The notes below the pieces were generated by a model. The model saw only the letters and a program-made list of their open reading frames with translations, was not told where the DNA came from and made no database searches. Positions 1-8,001 of a stretch of 42,211 bases of DNA are shown piece after piece. This DNA is from Abditibacteriaceae bacterium (GTDB lineage: Bacteria > Armatimonadota > Abditibacteriia > Abditibacteriales > Abditibacteriaceae), in the NCBI GenBank assembly GCA_031372065.1, contig JANMKN010000221.1, positions 1 to 42,211 on the forward strand, in the 5' to 3' direction. The first letter of the stretch is position 1. Every line of letters begins with the position of its first letter. The translations under genes were made by a program, and so were the position numbers.

Positions 1-1
1 G

Positions 2-1318
2 TTTCCACTCGGCAGTGCGCCGATAAACACGCCGACGGTGCCCCTCAATGCGACTCCCGCCACTGGTGCCAGCGATTTTAGCGGCACGTTTAAGGATGAA
101 AACCTGACTGTCGAAAGCAAAAACGTGCCGGGACAGCCAAATTCTTACAATGGCACCATCAAAATGGGCGCGCAGACGTTTAAATTTAGCGCACAACTGG
201 ATGAAGGCGCCTTGCGCGGTGAATTTGAATCGCCGGATGGCAAATTTCCATTTGAGGCGCGTCTTGATGGCCGCACCATGACGATTTCGACGGGCGGCAC
301 TAATTATCAATTGGCAAAACAGGGCGGCAATCCGCTGGCAAAACCCAATAATCCCTTGGCGAAGCCGAATCCGCCCGCGCCCGCAAATCCTTTGGCAAAA
401 CCGGCGGGAGGCGTGTCAGTTAGCACGCCAGTTGGCGCGCAGAACGCGAATTTGCCGGGCAAAAGTTCCAGCGGCAAGGCGTGGCAAATTTACAAACATC
501 CAACGGGATTGAGCGTGCGTTATCCGCCCGATTGGAAATTGACGCCAAACGAAGGCGCCGCCTTGTTCGCGCCGCCAGATGTCGTGTCCAACGCGCAAGG
601 GCCAACGGAAGTCTATATTTTGCTCGCCAACGGCGCCGAGGGCGTGCAAAGTGTCAACGATCCGCGCGTGATTCCCGAAGTTGAGGCTTCACTGTTGCAA
701 CTCGCGCCGTTTTTGCGTCGCGTCGGCACGCCGCAAAGCGTTTCTGCCGGAGGCACGCCGGGCGTGATGGTTTCGTGGGAAGGCGCCAACCCCGTGGGCT
801 TGAACGTGCGCGCCAATGTGCTGATGACCGTGCTAAAAGGCTACGGCATCGCGCTGGTGGCGTTGGGCGATAAAACCAAAATCGCGGCGCGCGAAGGCAT
901 TTTAAAAGAGATTTTCGCCAGTCTCGCCGCAGGCGTCGGCGAACGCGACGCCAATTTAGTGGGCCAGTGGAAATTCTGGAGCTATAAAAGCAGCGCCGAC
1001 GGTAAATTCGGCACAGAACGCACTCGCCGTTTCCTGTTTCAAGCCGATGGCACTTGTTTTTGGCAAAGCAACGGCGAAACCAGCGGCACTGTGCAGGGTC
1101 GGGATTCGCTGGGCAACCAAACTTTTGTCGGCGGCGTGGCCGGGCAAAGCGCCAATGGTGACAAAGGCCAATGGACAGCCGGAACGGGCAAACTCTACGT
1201 CCTTTGGGACGATGGCACCACCGGCACTTGGGATTACGAAGTGCGCAACACCGCCAACGGCAAACGATTGTTTCTTAAAGGCAATCAAAACCAAGCCGAC
1301 GAATGGGTGCCAGAATAA
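2..1318 (+). CDS. Hypothetical, probably exported multi-domain protein (5'-truncated by window edge)
   Basis: Frame is open from position 2 through the listed 38..1318 ORF. It has a Pro/Asn-rich linker with four NPLAK(P) repeats and beta-rich domains. No family recognised with confidence. Confidence 0.75.
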   Translation, partial: FPLGSAPINTPTVPLNATPATGASDFSGTFKDENLTVESKNVPGQPNSYNGTIKMGAQTFKFSAQLDEGALRGEFESPDGKFPFEARLDGRTMTISTGGTNYQLAKQGGNPLAKPNNPLAKPNPPAPANPLAKPAGGVSVSTPVGAQNANLPGKSSSGKAWQIYKHPTGLSVRYPPDWKLTPNEGAALFAPPDVVSNAQGPTEVYILLANGAEGVQSVNDPRVIPEVEASLLQLAPFLRRVGTPQSVSAGGTPGVMVSWEGANPVGLNVRANVLMTVLKGYGIALVALGDKTKIAAREGILKEIFASLAAGVGERDANLVGQWKFWSYKSSADGKFGTERTRRFLFQADGTCFWQSNGETSGTVQGRDSLGNQTFVGGVAGQSANGDKGQWTAGTGKLYVLWDDGTTGTWDYEVRNTANGKRLFLKGNQNQADEWVPE

Positions 1319-1448
1319 GCCTGCGGCAGTTTTAAGTTCTGAATTAGAAGTTTCAATTTCCCTTACGCGGTTGGCTTGTAATCAGTGCTGCCACCCTTCG
1401 CTGCTTCAGGGAAATAGGCCTCTAAGCGCAGAGATTAGGTTCCAAATA

Positions 1449-1667
1449 GTGCTTAAAGGCCTCTGCGGGCTGTCCGCAGAGGCCTTCAAGCACGTTGACA
1501 GCTTCTGCGGGCTGTCCGCAGAAGCCTTCAAGCACGTTTGGAACCTCTGCGGAGCGCCCGCAGAAGCCTTCAAGCACATGGATAGCTTCTGCGGAGCGCC
1601 CGCAGAGGCCTTTAAGCACGTTGAAGGCCTCTGCGGGCGCTCCGCAGAGGCCTTTAAGCACGTTCAA
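1449..1667. repeat. Tandem array, 5 x 42 bp, each unit with internal hairpin CTCTGCGG-N5-CCGCAGAG
   Basis: Units start at 1458, 1500, 1542, 1584 and 1626. 1449-1493 is a near-perfect 45-bp palindrome. Confidence 0.95.
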
Positions 1668-1805
1668 CAGCCTAAAAAGGGCTTTTTTGCCTCGAAGGGG
1701 CCTCTCATTTTCGAATTATCGGAGTGGTGTCACACGGAGCGACAACTTAGGGACAAGAGAAAACTCACCTTTCATTTGTTTCCCTGTCACACTGCACTGC
1801 GTAAG

Positions 1806-1870
1806 GTGAGTTTTTAGTTGATAAGGATTCTCGTTTTCAACTCAAAACTCCTAACCCAAAACTCCTAACT
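1806..1870. repeat. Inverted heptamer-repeat element (GAGTTTT/TAGTTGA ... AACTCAA/AACTCCT)
   Basis: gtgagtttttagttgataag followed by its complement-type run ttcaactcaaaactcctaacccaaaactcctaact. A similar run agttttaagttctgaattagaagtt lies at 1328-1352. Confidence 0.7.
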
Positions 1871-1874
1871 TTCT

Positions 1875-3113
1875 ATGCGATCTCGCGTGCAATCAAGTCA
1901 CATTATCGTGGCGCTGCTGCTTATCGTAGCTCTTGGTTTAGGCTACTATTTGCAAACCAAACAACAAGTGGAATCGCCCTTGCCACGCGCCGGTTTTAAC
2001 GATGCAAAACCGTTGGGCGGCAAGGGCTATCGCTTGGCGCTTGAGTGGCTCGGTTATACAGTGCGCCGCGTGGATTTCCGTCTCGATAAAATGCCGCCCG
2101 ATGCGCGTGTTTGGGTTTTGTTGGATCATCAAACCACCTTTTCGCGCCCCGAAATGGATATGCTGCTGCAATGGATCCAAGACGGCGGCACTCTCGTGTG
2201 GGCGGCGTCACCAGCCGTTTTGGATTTCTCAACGATGTTCAACGCCAATCAATGGCACCCCGGCAAAGAATTGATGAAGAAATTCAAGATTGAGAATCCG
2301 CCGAACTTCGGCGGCATCGCGTCCACCGATTCTCTGCCGCCGCTTTCGCCACTGACACAAGGCGCGCCCGGCGTGTATTGGAACGATGTGAAAAACGCCT
2401 CTTCATCGGCAGGGACTTTGGCTGTCAAAGGCGCGCATCTGGAAATCGCGGGCGATGTGCGCGGCGTGCAAGTCGCGCGATTGGATTATGGCAAAGGACA
2501 CGTTTTTGTGGCCTCCGACGCGCTGATTTTCACCAATTATGCGCTTTCCAAGCCCGACACCGCCGTTTTTACCACCAATCTCGTGCGCGCTCATGTGCCA
2601 CCTGCGGCGAGTGCTGTGGTTTACTTCGATGAGCGTTCGCACGGCGATGACACGCCGGTTGGTGAAAAAGACATCAACAAAAATTTGGCGTATTATCTTT
2701 GGCGCCCGCCGCTGCGCTACGCAGTTTTGCAACTGCTCTTTGCCGGAATTTTGTTGTGGGGCTTGTTCGGGCGCCGCCTCGGTTCGCCGGTGCCTTTGCC
2801 AGACCGCGAAAATGTCACGCGCGCTTCGCAATTCGCCGGAGCGATGGGCACGCTGTTGCATAAATCAAATCGCCCTAAAGTTGCCGCCACAGTTTTAGGC
2901 GACGAATTTCGCCGCACTTTGGCGCGCCGCTTGGGAATGTCGCCGCATGACAGCGATGCTTTGCTGGCGCAGCGCGCCGCGTTGTTATCGGGCTTGCCCG
3001 CCGAGCATATCGAACGCTTGTTGTTTCAGGCGCGCACGCCGATAGAAGATGAAGCCGGATTGTTGAACTTAACGCAGGAAACCGAATACGTTTTGAGGAG
3101 GCTGTCTCGTTGA
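1875..3113 (+). CDS. DUF4350-like membrane-anchored protein (MoxR-associated)
   Basis: N-terminal TM helix, 'LLQWIQDGGTLV', 'YGKGHVFVASDALIFTNYAL', 'VYFDERSHG', second TM followed by 'RRLGSPVP'. Stop overlaps the moxR start. Confidence 0.75.
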   Translation: MRSRVQSSHIIVALLLIVALGLGYYLQTKQQVESPLPRAGFNDAKPLGGKGYRLALEWLGYTVRRVDFRLDKMPPDARVWVLLDHQTTFSRPEMDMLLQWIQDGGTLVWAASPAVLDFSTMFNANQWHPGKELMKKFKIENPPNFGGIASTDSLPPLSPLTQGAPGVYWNDVKNASSSAGTLAVKGAHLEIAGDVRGVQVARLDYGKGHVFVASDALIFTNYALSKPDTAVFTTNLVRAHVPPAASAVVYFDERSHGDDTPVGEKDINKNLAYYLWRPPLRYAVLQLLFAGILLWGLFGRRLGSPVPLPDRENVTRASQFAGAMGTLLHKSNRPKVAATVLGDEFRRTLARRLGMSPHDSDALLAQRAALLSGLPAEHIERLLFQARTPIEDEAGLLNLTQETEYVLRRLSR

Positions 3114-4138
3114 TCGAAAATCCAGAAAATAATCAGCCCATTGTTACATCAATTGCCACAGCAGAAACCGAAATTGAAGCGGGCACAACCGCGCCTGTCA
3201 AAGAACTCACCGACGCTGTGCGCCGCGAAGTCGCAAAGGCGGTTGTCGGTCAAGATGGCATCATTACGCAGTTTTTGATGGCGATTTTAGCGCGTGGTCA
3301 CGTTTTGCTCGAAGGCGTGCCCGGCGTAGCGAAAACGCTGACAGCCAAAGCCGTAGCGCATTCGTTGGATATGCCCTTTCGCCGCATTCAGTTCACGCCC
3401 GATTTAATGCCGTCGGATGTGGTCGGCACCAACATTTTCGATGCGCGCAGCAACGAATTCAGTTTGCGCCAAGGCCCGGTTTTCACGGGCTGCCTGTTGG
3501 CCGACGAAATTAATCGCACGCCGCCTAAAACGCAGGCCTCTTTGCTCGAAGCGATGCAGGAACGCCACGTTACCATTGATGGCGAACGTCATTCGCTGCC
3601 TGAATTTTTCACCGTCTTCGCCACGCAAAACCCCGTGGAATACGAAGGCACTTATCCGCTGCCCGAAGCGCAGGTTGACCGCTTTTTAATCAAAGTTTTG
3701 ATGAGTTATCCGTCGCCCGAAGAAGAAGTCGCGCTTTTAACGCGCGTGCATCACGGTTTCGACGCGCATCAATTGGCCGAAGCGGGATTAAATAAAGTGG
3801 CGGGCGAAGCCGAATTGCAACGCGCTCGTGCGGCGGTGCAAAGTGTGAAAGTCAGCGAAGGCGTGTTGCGTTACATTCAGCAAATTGTGGCGCGCACGCG
3901 CCATTTGCCGACTTTGATTTTAGGAGGCAGTCCACGCGCTGGCATTGCGCTTTTGGAATGCTCCAAGGCTTTAGCCGCCATGTATGGCCGCGATTACGTC
4001 ATTCCCGAAGATATAAAAACCGTCGCGCCACCGGTTTTACGCCATCGTTTGCTGTTACGCGCCGAATCTGAAATGGAAGGCCTGCGCGCCGATGATATCG
4101 TCCAGTCCGTGGTCAGCGCCATCGAAGTGCCGCGATAA
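3110..4138 (+). CDS. moxR: MoxR-family AAA+ ATPase
   Basis: GHVLLEGVPGVAKT (Walker A), RIQFTPDLMPSD, LLADEINRTPPKTQASLLEAM, ATQNPVEYEGTYPLPEAQVDRF. Confidence 0.95.
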   Translation: MIENPENNQPIVTSIATAETEIEAGTTAPVKELTDAVRREVAKAVVGQDGIITQFLMAILARGHVLLEGVPGVAKTLTAKAVAHSLDMPFRRIQFTPDLMPSDVVGTNIFDARSNEFSLRQGPVFTGCLLADEINRTPPKTQASLLEAMQERHVTIDGERHSLPEFFTVFATQNPVEYEGTYPLPEAQVDRFLIKVLMSYPSPEEEVALLTRVHHGFDAHQLAEAGLNKVAGEAELQRARAAVQSVKVSEGVLRYIQQIVARTRHLPTLILGGSPRAGIALLECSKALAAMYGRDYVIPEDIKTVAPPVLRHRLLLRAESEMEGLRADDIVQSVVSAIEVPR

Positions 4139-4139
4139 G

Positions 4140-4320
4140 GCGTGAAAACGTCATTTCGTAGCCGAAAATGTCATTTTCACGCCGGAAAAGGCATTACGTC
4201 ACCTGAAAATATCATTTCCATGCAGGAAATGATATTACTTCACCTGAAAATGGCATTTTCACGCAGAAAAAGGCATTAAATCGTGTAAAAATGATATTTT
4301 CACGCCGAAAAAGACATTCT
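4140..4320. repeat. Degenerate tandem array, about 9 units alternating 20/21 bp (41-bp dimer), palindromic core GAAAATG-N-CATTTTC
   Basis: (C/T)ATT anchors at 4152, 4172, 4192, 4213, 4233, 4254, 4274, 4295 and 4315. Confidence 0.85.
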
Positions 4321-4388
4321 AATTACTCGAAAAGCGCTATCGAAATTCCACGATGAGATTTGGGGAGAAGATTAGCAACTCCGAATCA

Positions 4389-6035
4389 TCATTCGCTTTC
4401 CTTTTCGTAACACGAATAATAATACGGCGTTTGCGCTTCAAATTCACCCGCGCAGGTGTCCACCATTTTGTAAGCGGGCACTATGCCGAATTGTTTGCGG
4501 CGGGCGCGCACTTCTAATTCCGGTGCGCCGATGAGTTCGGCGATGTTATGGTCGTTGAAACCCAGTTCTTTGGCTTCGCGCAAAAGGTCGGGCGTCAGAT
4601 CATTCAAATGCAAGCCGCGCAAGCGCGTTTCCATCGCCACAAGGCGCGACAGTTTGCGCAAAAACCATTTGTCCACGTTGGTTAAATCGTGAATTTCTTC
4701 GATCATCATGCCGCGCCGCAGGGCTTCGGTAATGACGAAAATGCGCTCGTCGGTGGGCGTGCGCAAACCTTCTTCGATTTCCATTTCCGAAAGGCGCCCG
4801 GTGCCTTTACCGCGCAAACCGTAAACGCCGATTTCGAGTGAGCGCAGTGCTTTCATCAGCGCGCTTTCAAAGCTGCGGTCAATGCTCATCACTTCGCCCG
4901 TCGCCTTCATTTGCGTGGTGATGCGCCGATCCGAGCCGCCGAATTTATCGAAGGGCCAGCGTGGGATTTTGACCACGCAATAATCCAAAGCCGGTTCAAA
5001 ACAAGCCAAGGTTTTCTTGGTGACGGCGTTGGGAATTTCGTCGAGATGCAAGCCGATGGCGATTTTGGCCGAGACGCGCGCAATCGGATAACCCGTCGCT
5101 TTGGATGCTAAGGCCGAACTGCGACTCACGCGCGGATTGACTTCGATGACATAATATCTGTCGCTGTGCGGGTCGAGCGCCAGTTGCACGTTGCAGCCGC
5201 CTTCGATGCCCAAAGCGCGAATGATTTCGAGGCTTGCGGTGCGCAGCATTTGATATTCTTTGTCGGAAAGCGTCTGCGAAGGCGCGACGACGATGGAATC
5301 GCCGGTATGGACGCCCATCGGGTCGAAGTTTTCCATGTTGCAAATGGTGATCGCCGTGTCGTTGGCGTCGCGCATCACTTCGTATTCGACTTCTTTCCAG
5401 CCTTTGAGATAACGCTCCAAAAGAATCTGGTGAATCAGCGAACGGTCAATACCGGAGCGCACGAATTGCTCGAATTGCGCATCGTTCCACGCGATGCCGC
5501 CTCCGGTGCCGCCCAGTGTGTAAGCGGGACGAATAATCAGCGGATAGCCAACTTCATCTCGGAATTTTCGCGCTTGTTCGACGGTTTCGCAAATCGCGCT
5601 TTCGGGCACCGGTTGGCCGATTTGCAACATCGTTTCTTTGAACAAATCGCGGTCTTCGGCCTTTTTGATGGACTGCAACGGCGTGCCAAGCAAAGTCACG
5701 TTGTATTTGTCCAAAATGCCCGCTTCGGCCAGTTGATAGGCCATGTTGAGGCCGGTCTGCCCGCCAAGCGAGGGCAAAAGTCCATCAGGGCGCTCTTTGG
5801 CGATGATTTGCTCGATAAAGCCGACTGTGAGCGGCTCAATGTAAACCGCATCGGCGGTTTCCGCATCGGTCATAATCGTGGCCGGGTTGGAGTTGACCAA
5901 AACCACCGACACGCCTTCCTCGTGCAGCGAAGCGCAAGCCTGTGTGCCAGCGTAGTCGAATTCAGCAGCTTGTCCGATCACAATCGGCCCGGAGCCGATA
6001 ACCATCACTTTGTTAATGTTTGGATTCTTAGGCAT
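4389..6035 (-). CDS. carB: Carbamoyl-phosphate synthase large subunit, N-terminal half only (548 aa)
   Basis: [60 protein letters not shown]. Ends at [27 protein letters not shown], the end of the oligomerisation domain. Confidence 0.93.
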   Translation of the reverse strand: MPKNPNINKVMVIGSGPIVIGQAAEFDYAGTQACASLHEEGVSVVLVNSNPATIMTDAETADAVYIEPLTVGFIEQIIAKERPDGLLPSLGGQTGLNMAYQLAEAGILDKYNVTLLGTPLQSIKKAEDRDLFKETMLQIGQPVPESAICETVEQARKFRDEVGYPLIIRPAYTLGGTGGGIAWNDAQFEQFVRSGIDRSLIHQILLERYLKGWKEVEYEVMRDANDTAITICNMENFDPMGVHTGDSIVVAPSQTLSDKEYQMLRTASLEIIRALGIEGGCNVQLALDPHSDRYYVIEVNPRVSRSSALASKATGYPIARVSAKIAIGLHLDEIPNAVTKKTLACFEPALDYCVVKIPRWPFDKFGGSDRRITTQMKATGEVMSIDRSFESALMKALRSLEIGVYGLRGKGTGRLSEMEIEEGLRTPTDERIFVITEALRRGMMIEEIHDLTNVDKWFLRKLSRLVAMETRLRGLHLNDLTPDLLREAKELGFNDHNIAELIGAPELEVRARRKQFGIVPAYKMVDTCAGEFEAQTPYYYSCYEKESE

Positions 6036-6047
6036 TTTTTCTTGTTC

Positions 6048-6142
6048 ATAGAACGCAAATTACGCAAATCTTCGAGAATTTACGCGAATTTTCTTTTAAA
6101 GATTTGGTGAATTCGCGTTCATGGGTGTAATTCGCGTTCAAT
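6048..6142. repeat. ATAGAAC-type palindromic miniature element (9-mer subrepeats), 3' flank of GxxExxY gene
   Basis: atagaacgcaaattacgcaaat ... gtaattcgcgttcaat. Confidence 0.85.
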
Positions 6143-6143
6143 T

Positions 6144-6527
6144 TCATCGCTTGCGGGCGGTTTCGTAAATCTTGCGGCGAAACTCTGCTTTGGGGCCGAA
6201 GTTAAGCAGGATGCCCAAATCAATTTCGGTAGCTTTCAAATAATTTAAAAGTTGCGCTTCGTGTTGCGGCGCGATGCCGTCGCACACTTTTAATTCAACA
6301 ATCACGCACTTGTTAACTACCAAATCAGCGAAATAATCGCCGATGGACTGCCCTTTGTAAAACACCTGAATTGGCGTTTGCTGCTGAACGTGAAAACCTT
6401 GTTCACGCAGTTCAATCGCCAAAGCGTTTTCGTAATTCTTTTCCAGAAAACCAATGCCAAGCGTATTGTAAACCAGATAAAACGCACCAATGATAGCGCG
6501 CATCACTTCTTCTCTGTCGCTTTGCAT
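6144..6527 (-). CDS. GxxExxY protein (PD-(D/E)xK nuclease-like)
   Basis: LGIGFLEKNYENAL (GxxExxY), ADLVV...IVELK, AQLLNYLK, GILLNFG; 127 aa. Confidence 0.93.
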   Translation of the reverse strand: MQSDREEVMRAIIGAFYLVYNTLGIGFLEKNYENALAIELREQGFHVQQQTPIQVFYKGQSIGDYFADLVVNKCVIVELKVCDGIAPQHEAQLLNYLKATEIDLGILLNFGPKAEFRRKIYETARKR

Positions 6528-6541
6528 TTCGGTTTCCTTGA

Positions 6542-6616
6542 ATAGAACGCAAATTTTCGCAAATCTTTTTATAAATTCGCGTTAATTCTCGAAAATTTGC
6601 GTAATTTGCGTTCTAT
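6542..6616. repeat. ATAGAAC-type palindromic miniature element, 5' flank of GxxExxY gene; contains carA stop codon
   Basis: atagaacgcaaattttcgcaaat ... aatttgcgtaatttgcgttctat. Confidence 0.9.
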
Positions 6617-7737
6617 TTCTTCCCTTTCACCATATCCGCAAAGTCATCGAACAAATGCGCGTTGTCTTTGGGGCCGGGGCAGGCTTCGGGATGGTATTGC
6701 ACCGAAAAAATCGGCTTGGTTTTGTGGCGCAGGCCTTCAACAGTTTGGTCGTTCAGGTTAATATGCGTGATTTGCACATCGTCCGGCAGGCTTTCGGGAA
6801 CGAGAGCGTAGCCGTGATTTTGCGTGGTGATATGCACTTTGCCGGTGATTAAATCTTTCACCGGATGATTGGCGCCGCGATGGCCGAATTTGAGTTTGAA
6901 AGTGTCGCCGCCCAAAGCGCGTCCCAAGATTTGGTGGCCCAAACAAATGCCGAACATCGGCATTTCAGGTTTTTGTTCTTGAAGTTCGCGCACTACATTC
7001 ACTTCGTCGTCCAGCGAACGCGGATCGCCGGGGCCGTTACTCAGCATCAATCCATCGGGTTTCCATGCCATGATTTCCTTCGCGCTGGCGGTGCAAGGCA
7101 AAACCACGACTTCCAAACCGCGCGCGCTCAGGCTGCGCAAAATGTTGTATTTGGTGCCGTAATCGAGAACGACCACGCGCGCTTCGGCATCCAGCGGCAT
7201 TTCCCATTGTTCGGGCGGCGTGTTGGCCTGCCCTTCCTGCCACTGAAACGCCTTTTGTGTGGTCACTTCGCGCACATAAGTGCCGGTGTCGTAAGGCGGC
7301 AGATTTTTGAGCGTTTGCAAGCCCTCAGCGGCGCTATGTTCGGTGGTAATCATGCCGAGCATGACGCCCGCGTCGCGCAATCTTTTCACTAAAGCGCGCA
7401 CATCTATGCCCGCGATGCCGGTCAGATTGTGCTTTTTCAGATAATCATCGCCGGAAATTTCGCTGCGATAATTGGACGGCACTTCGCACATTTCCTTGAC
7501 GATAAAACCTTCCACTTGCGGGCCGAGGCTTTCGCCATCCTGCGAATTGAGGCCGTAATTGCCAATCAGCGGGTAAGTGAGCGCCACCAACTGCCCGGCA
7601 TAGCTGGGGTCGGTGAGAATCTCCTGATAACCCGTCATGGAGGTGTTGAAAACGACTTCGCCAGTCACGCTTCCCGGCGCGCCGATAAGCGTGCCTTCGT
7701 AAACCGTGCCGTCAATTAAGATGAGTAATGCTTTCAT
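6613..7737 (-). CDS. carA: Carbamoyl-phosphate synthase small subunit
   Basis: GEVVFNTSMTGYQEILTDPSY, LSNGPGDP, GICLGHQ (catalytic Cys), GHRGANHP, SVQYHPEA. Confidence 0.97.
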   Translation of the reverse strand: MKALLILIDGTVYEGTLIGAPGSVTGEVVFNTSMTGYQEILTDPSYAGQLVALTYPLIGNYGLNSQDGESLGPQVEGFIVKEMCEVPSNYRSEISGDDYLKKHNLTGIAGIDVRALVKRLRDAGVMLGMITTEHSAAEGLQTLKNLPPYDTGTYVREVTTQKAFQWQEGQANTPPEQWEMPLDAEARVVVLDYGTKYNILRSLSARGLEVVVLPCTASAKEIMAWKPDGLMLSNGPGDPRSLDDEVNVVRELQEQKPEMPMFGICLGHQILGRALGGDTFKLKFGHRGANHPVKDLITGKVHITTQNHGYALVPESLPDDVQITHINLNDQTVEGLRHKTKPIFSVQYHPEACPGPKDNAHLFDDFADMVKGKK

Positions 7738-7776
7738 TTTTCGATTTTTGCCGTCTTAAACGACTCGTTTTCCCTG

Positions 7777-7963
7777 CGGAACTGCTTTAGTTCTCCCGGT
7801 AACTGCTTTAGTTCTCCCGGCAACTGCCTTAGTTCTCTCGGTAACTGCCTTAGTTCTCTCGGTAACTGCCTTAGTTACCTCGGTAACTGCCTTAGTTACC
7901 TCGGTAACTGCCTTAGTTACCTCGGTAGCTGCCTTAGTTACCTCGGTAGCTGCTTTAGTTACC
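7777..7963. repeat. Tandem array, 9 x 21 bp, unit GGTAACT-GCCTT-AGTTACC-TC (7-bp inverted repeat around 5-nt spacer)
   Basis: Units start at 7777, 7798, 7819, 7840, 7861, 7882, 7903, 7924 and 7945. Confidence 0.97.
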
Positions 7964-8001
7964 GAGAGAATAATGGTTATTCTCGCCAAAAATGCCGCAT
8001 T

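Noticed and set aside
1449..1667. CRISPR array interpretation of this and the other tandem arrays
   Set aside because: Units are contiguous with no unique spacers of 25-45 bp, and there are no cas genes in the window.
1047..1817. 256-aa ORF and other ORFs crossing the 42-bp array
   Set aside because: They overlap the real upstream gene out of frame and stay open only because the repeat period is a multiple of 3; no SD or domain evidence.
5166..6110. 314-aa plus-strand ORF
   Set aside because: Antisense shadow of carB.
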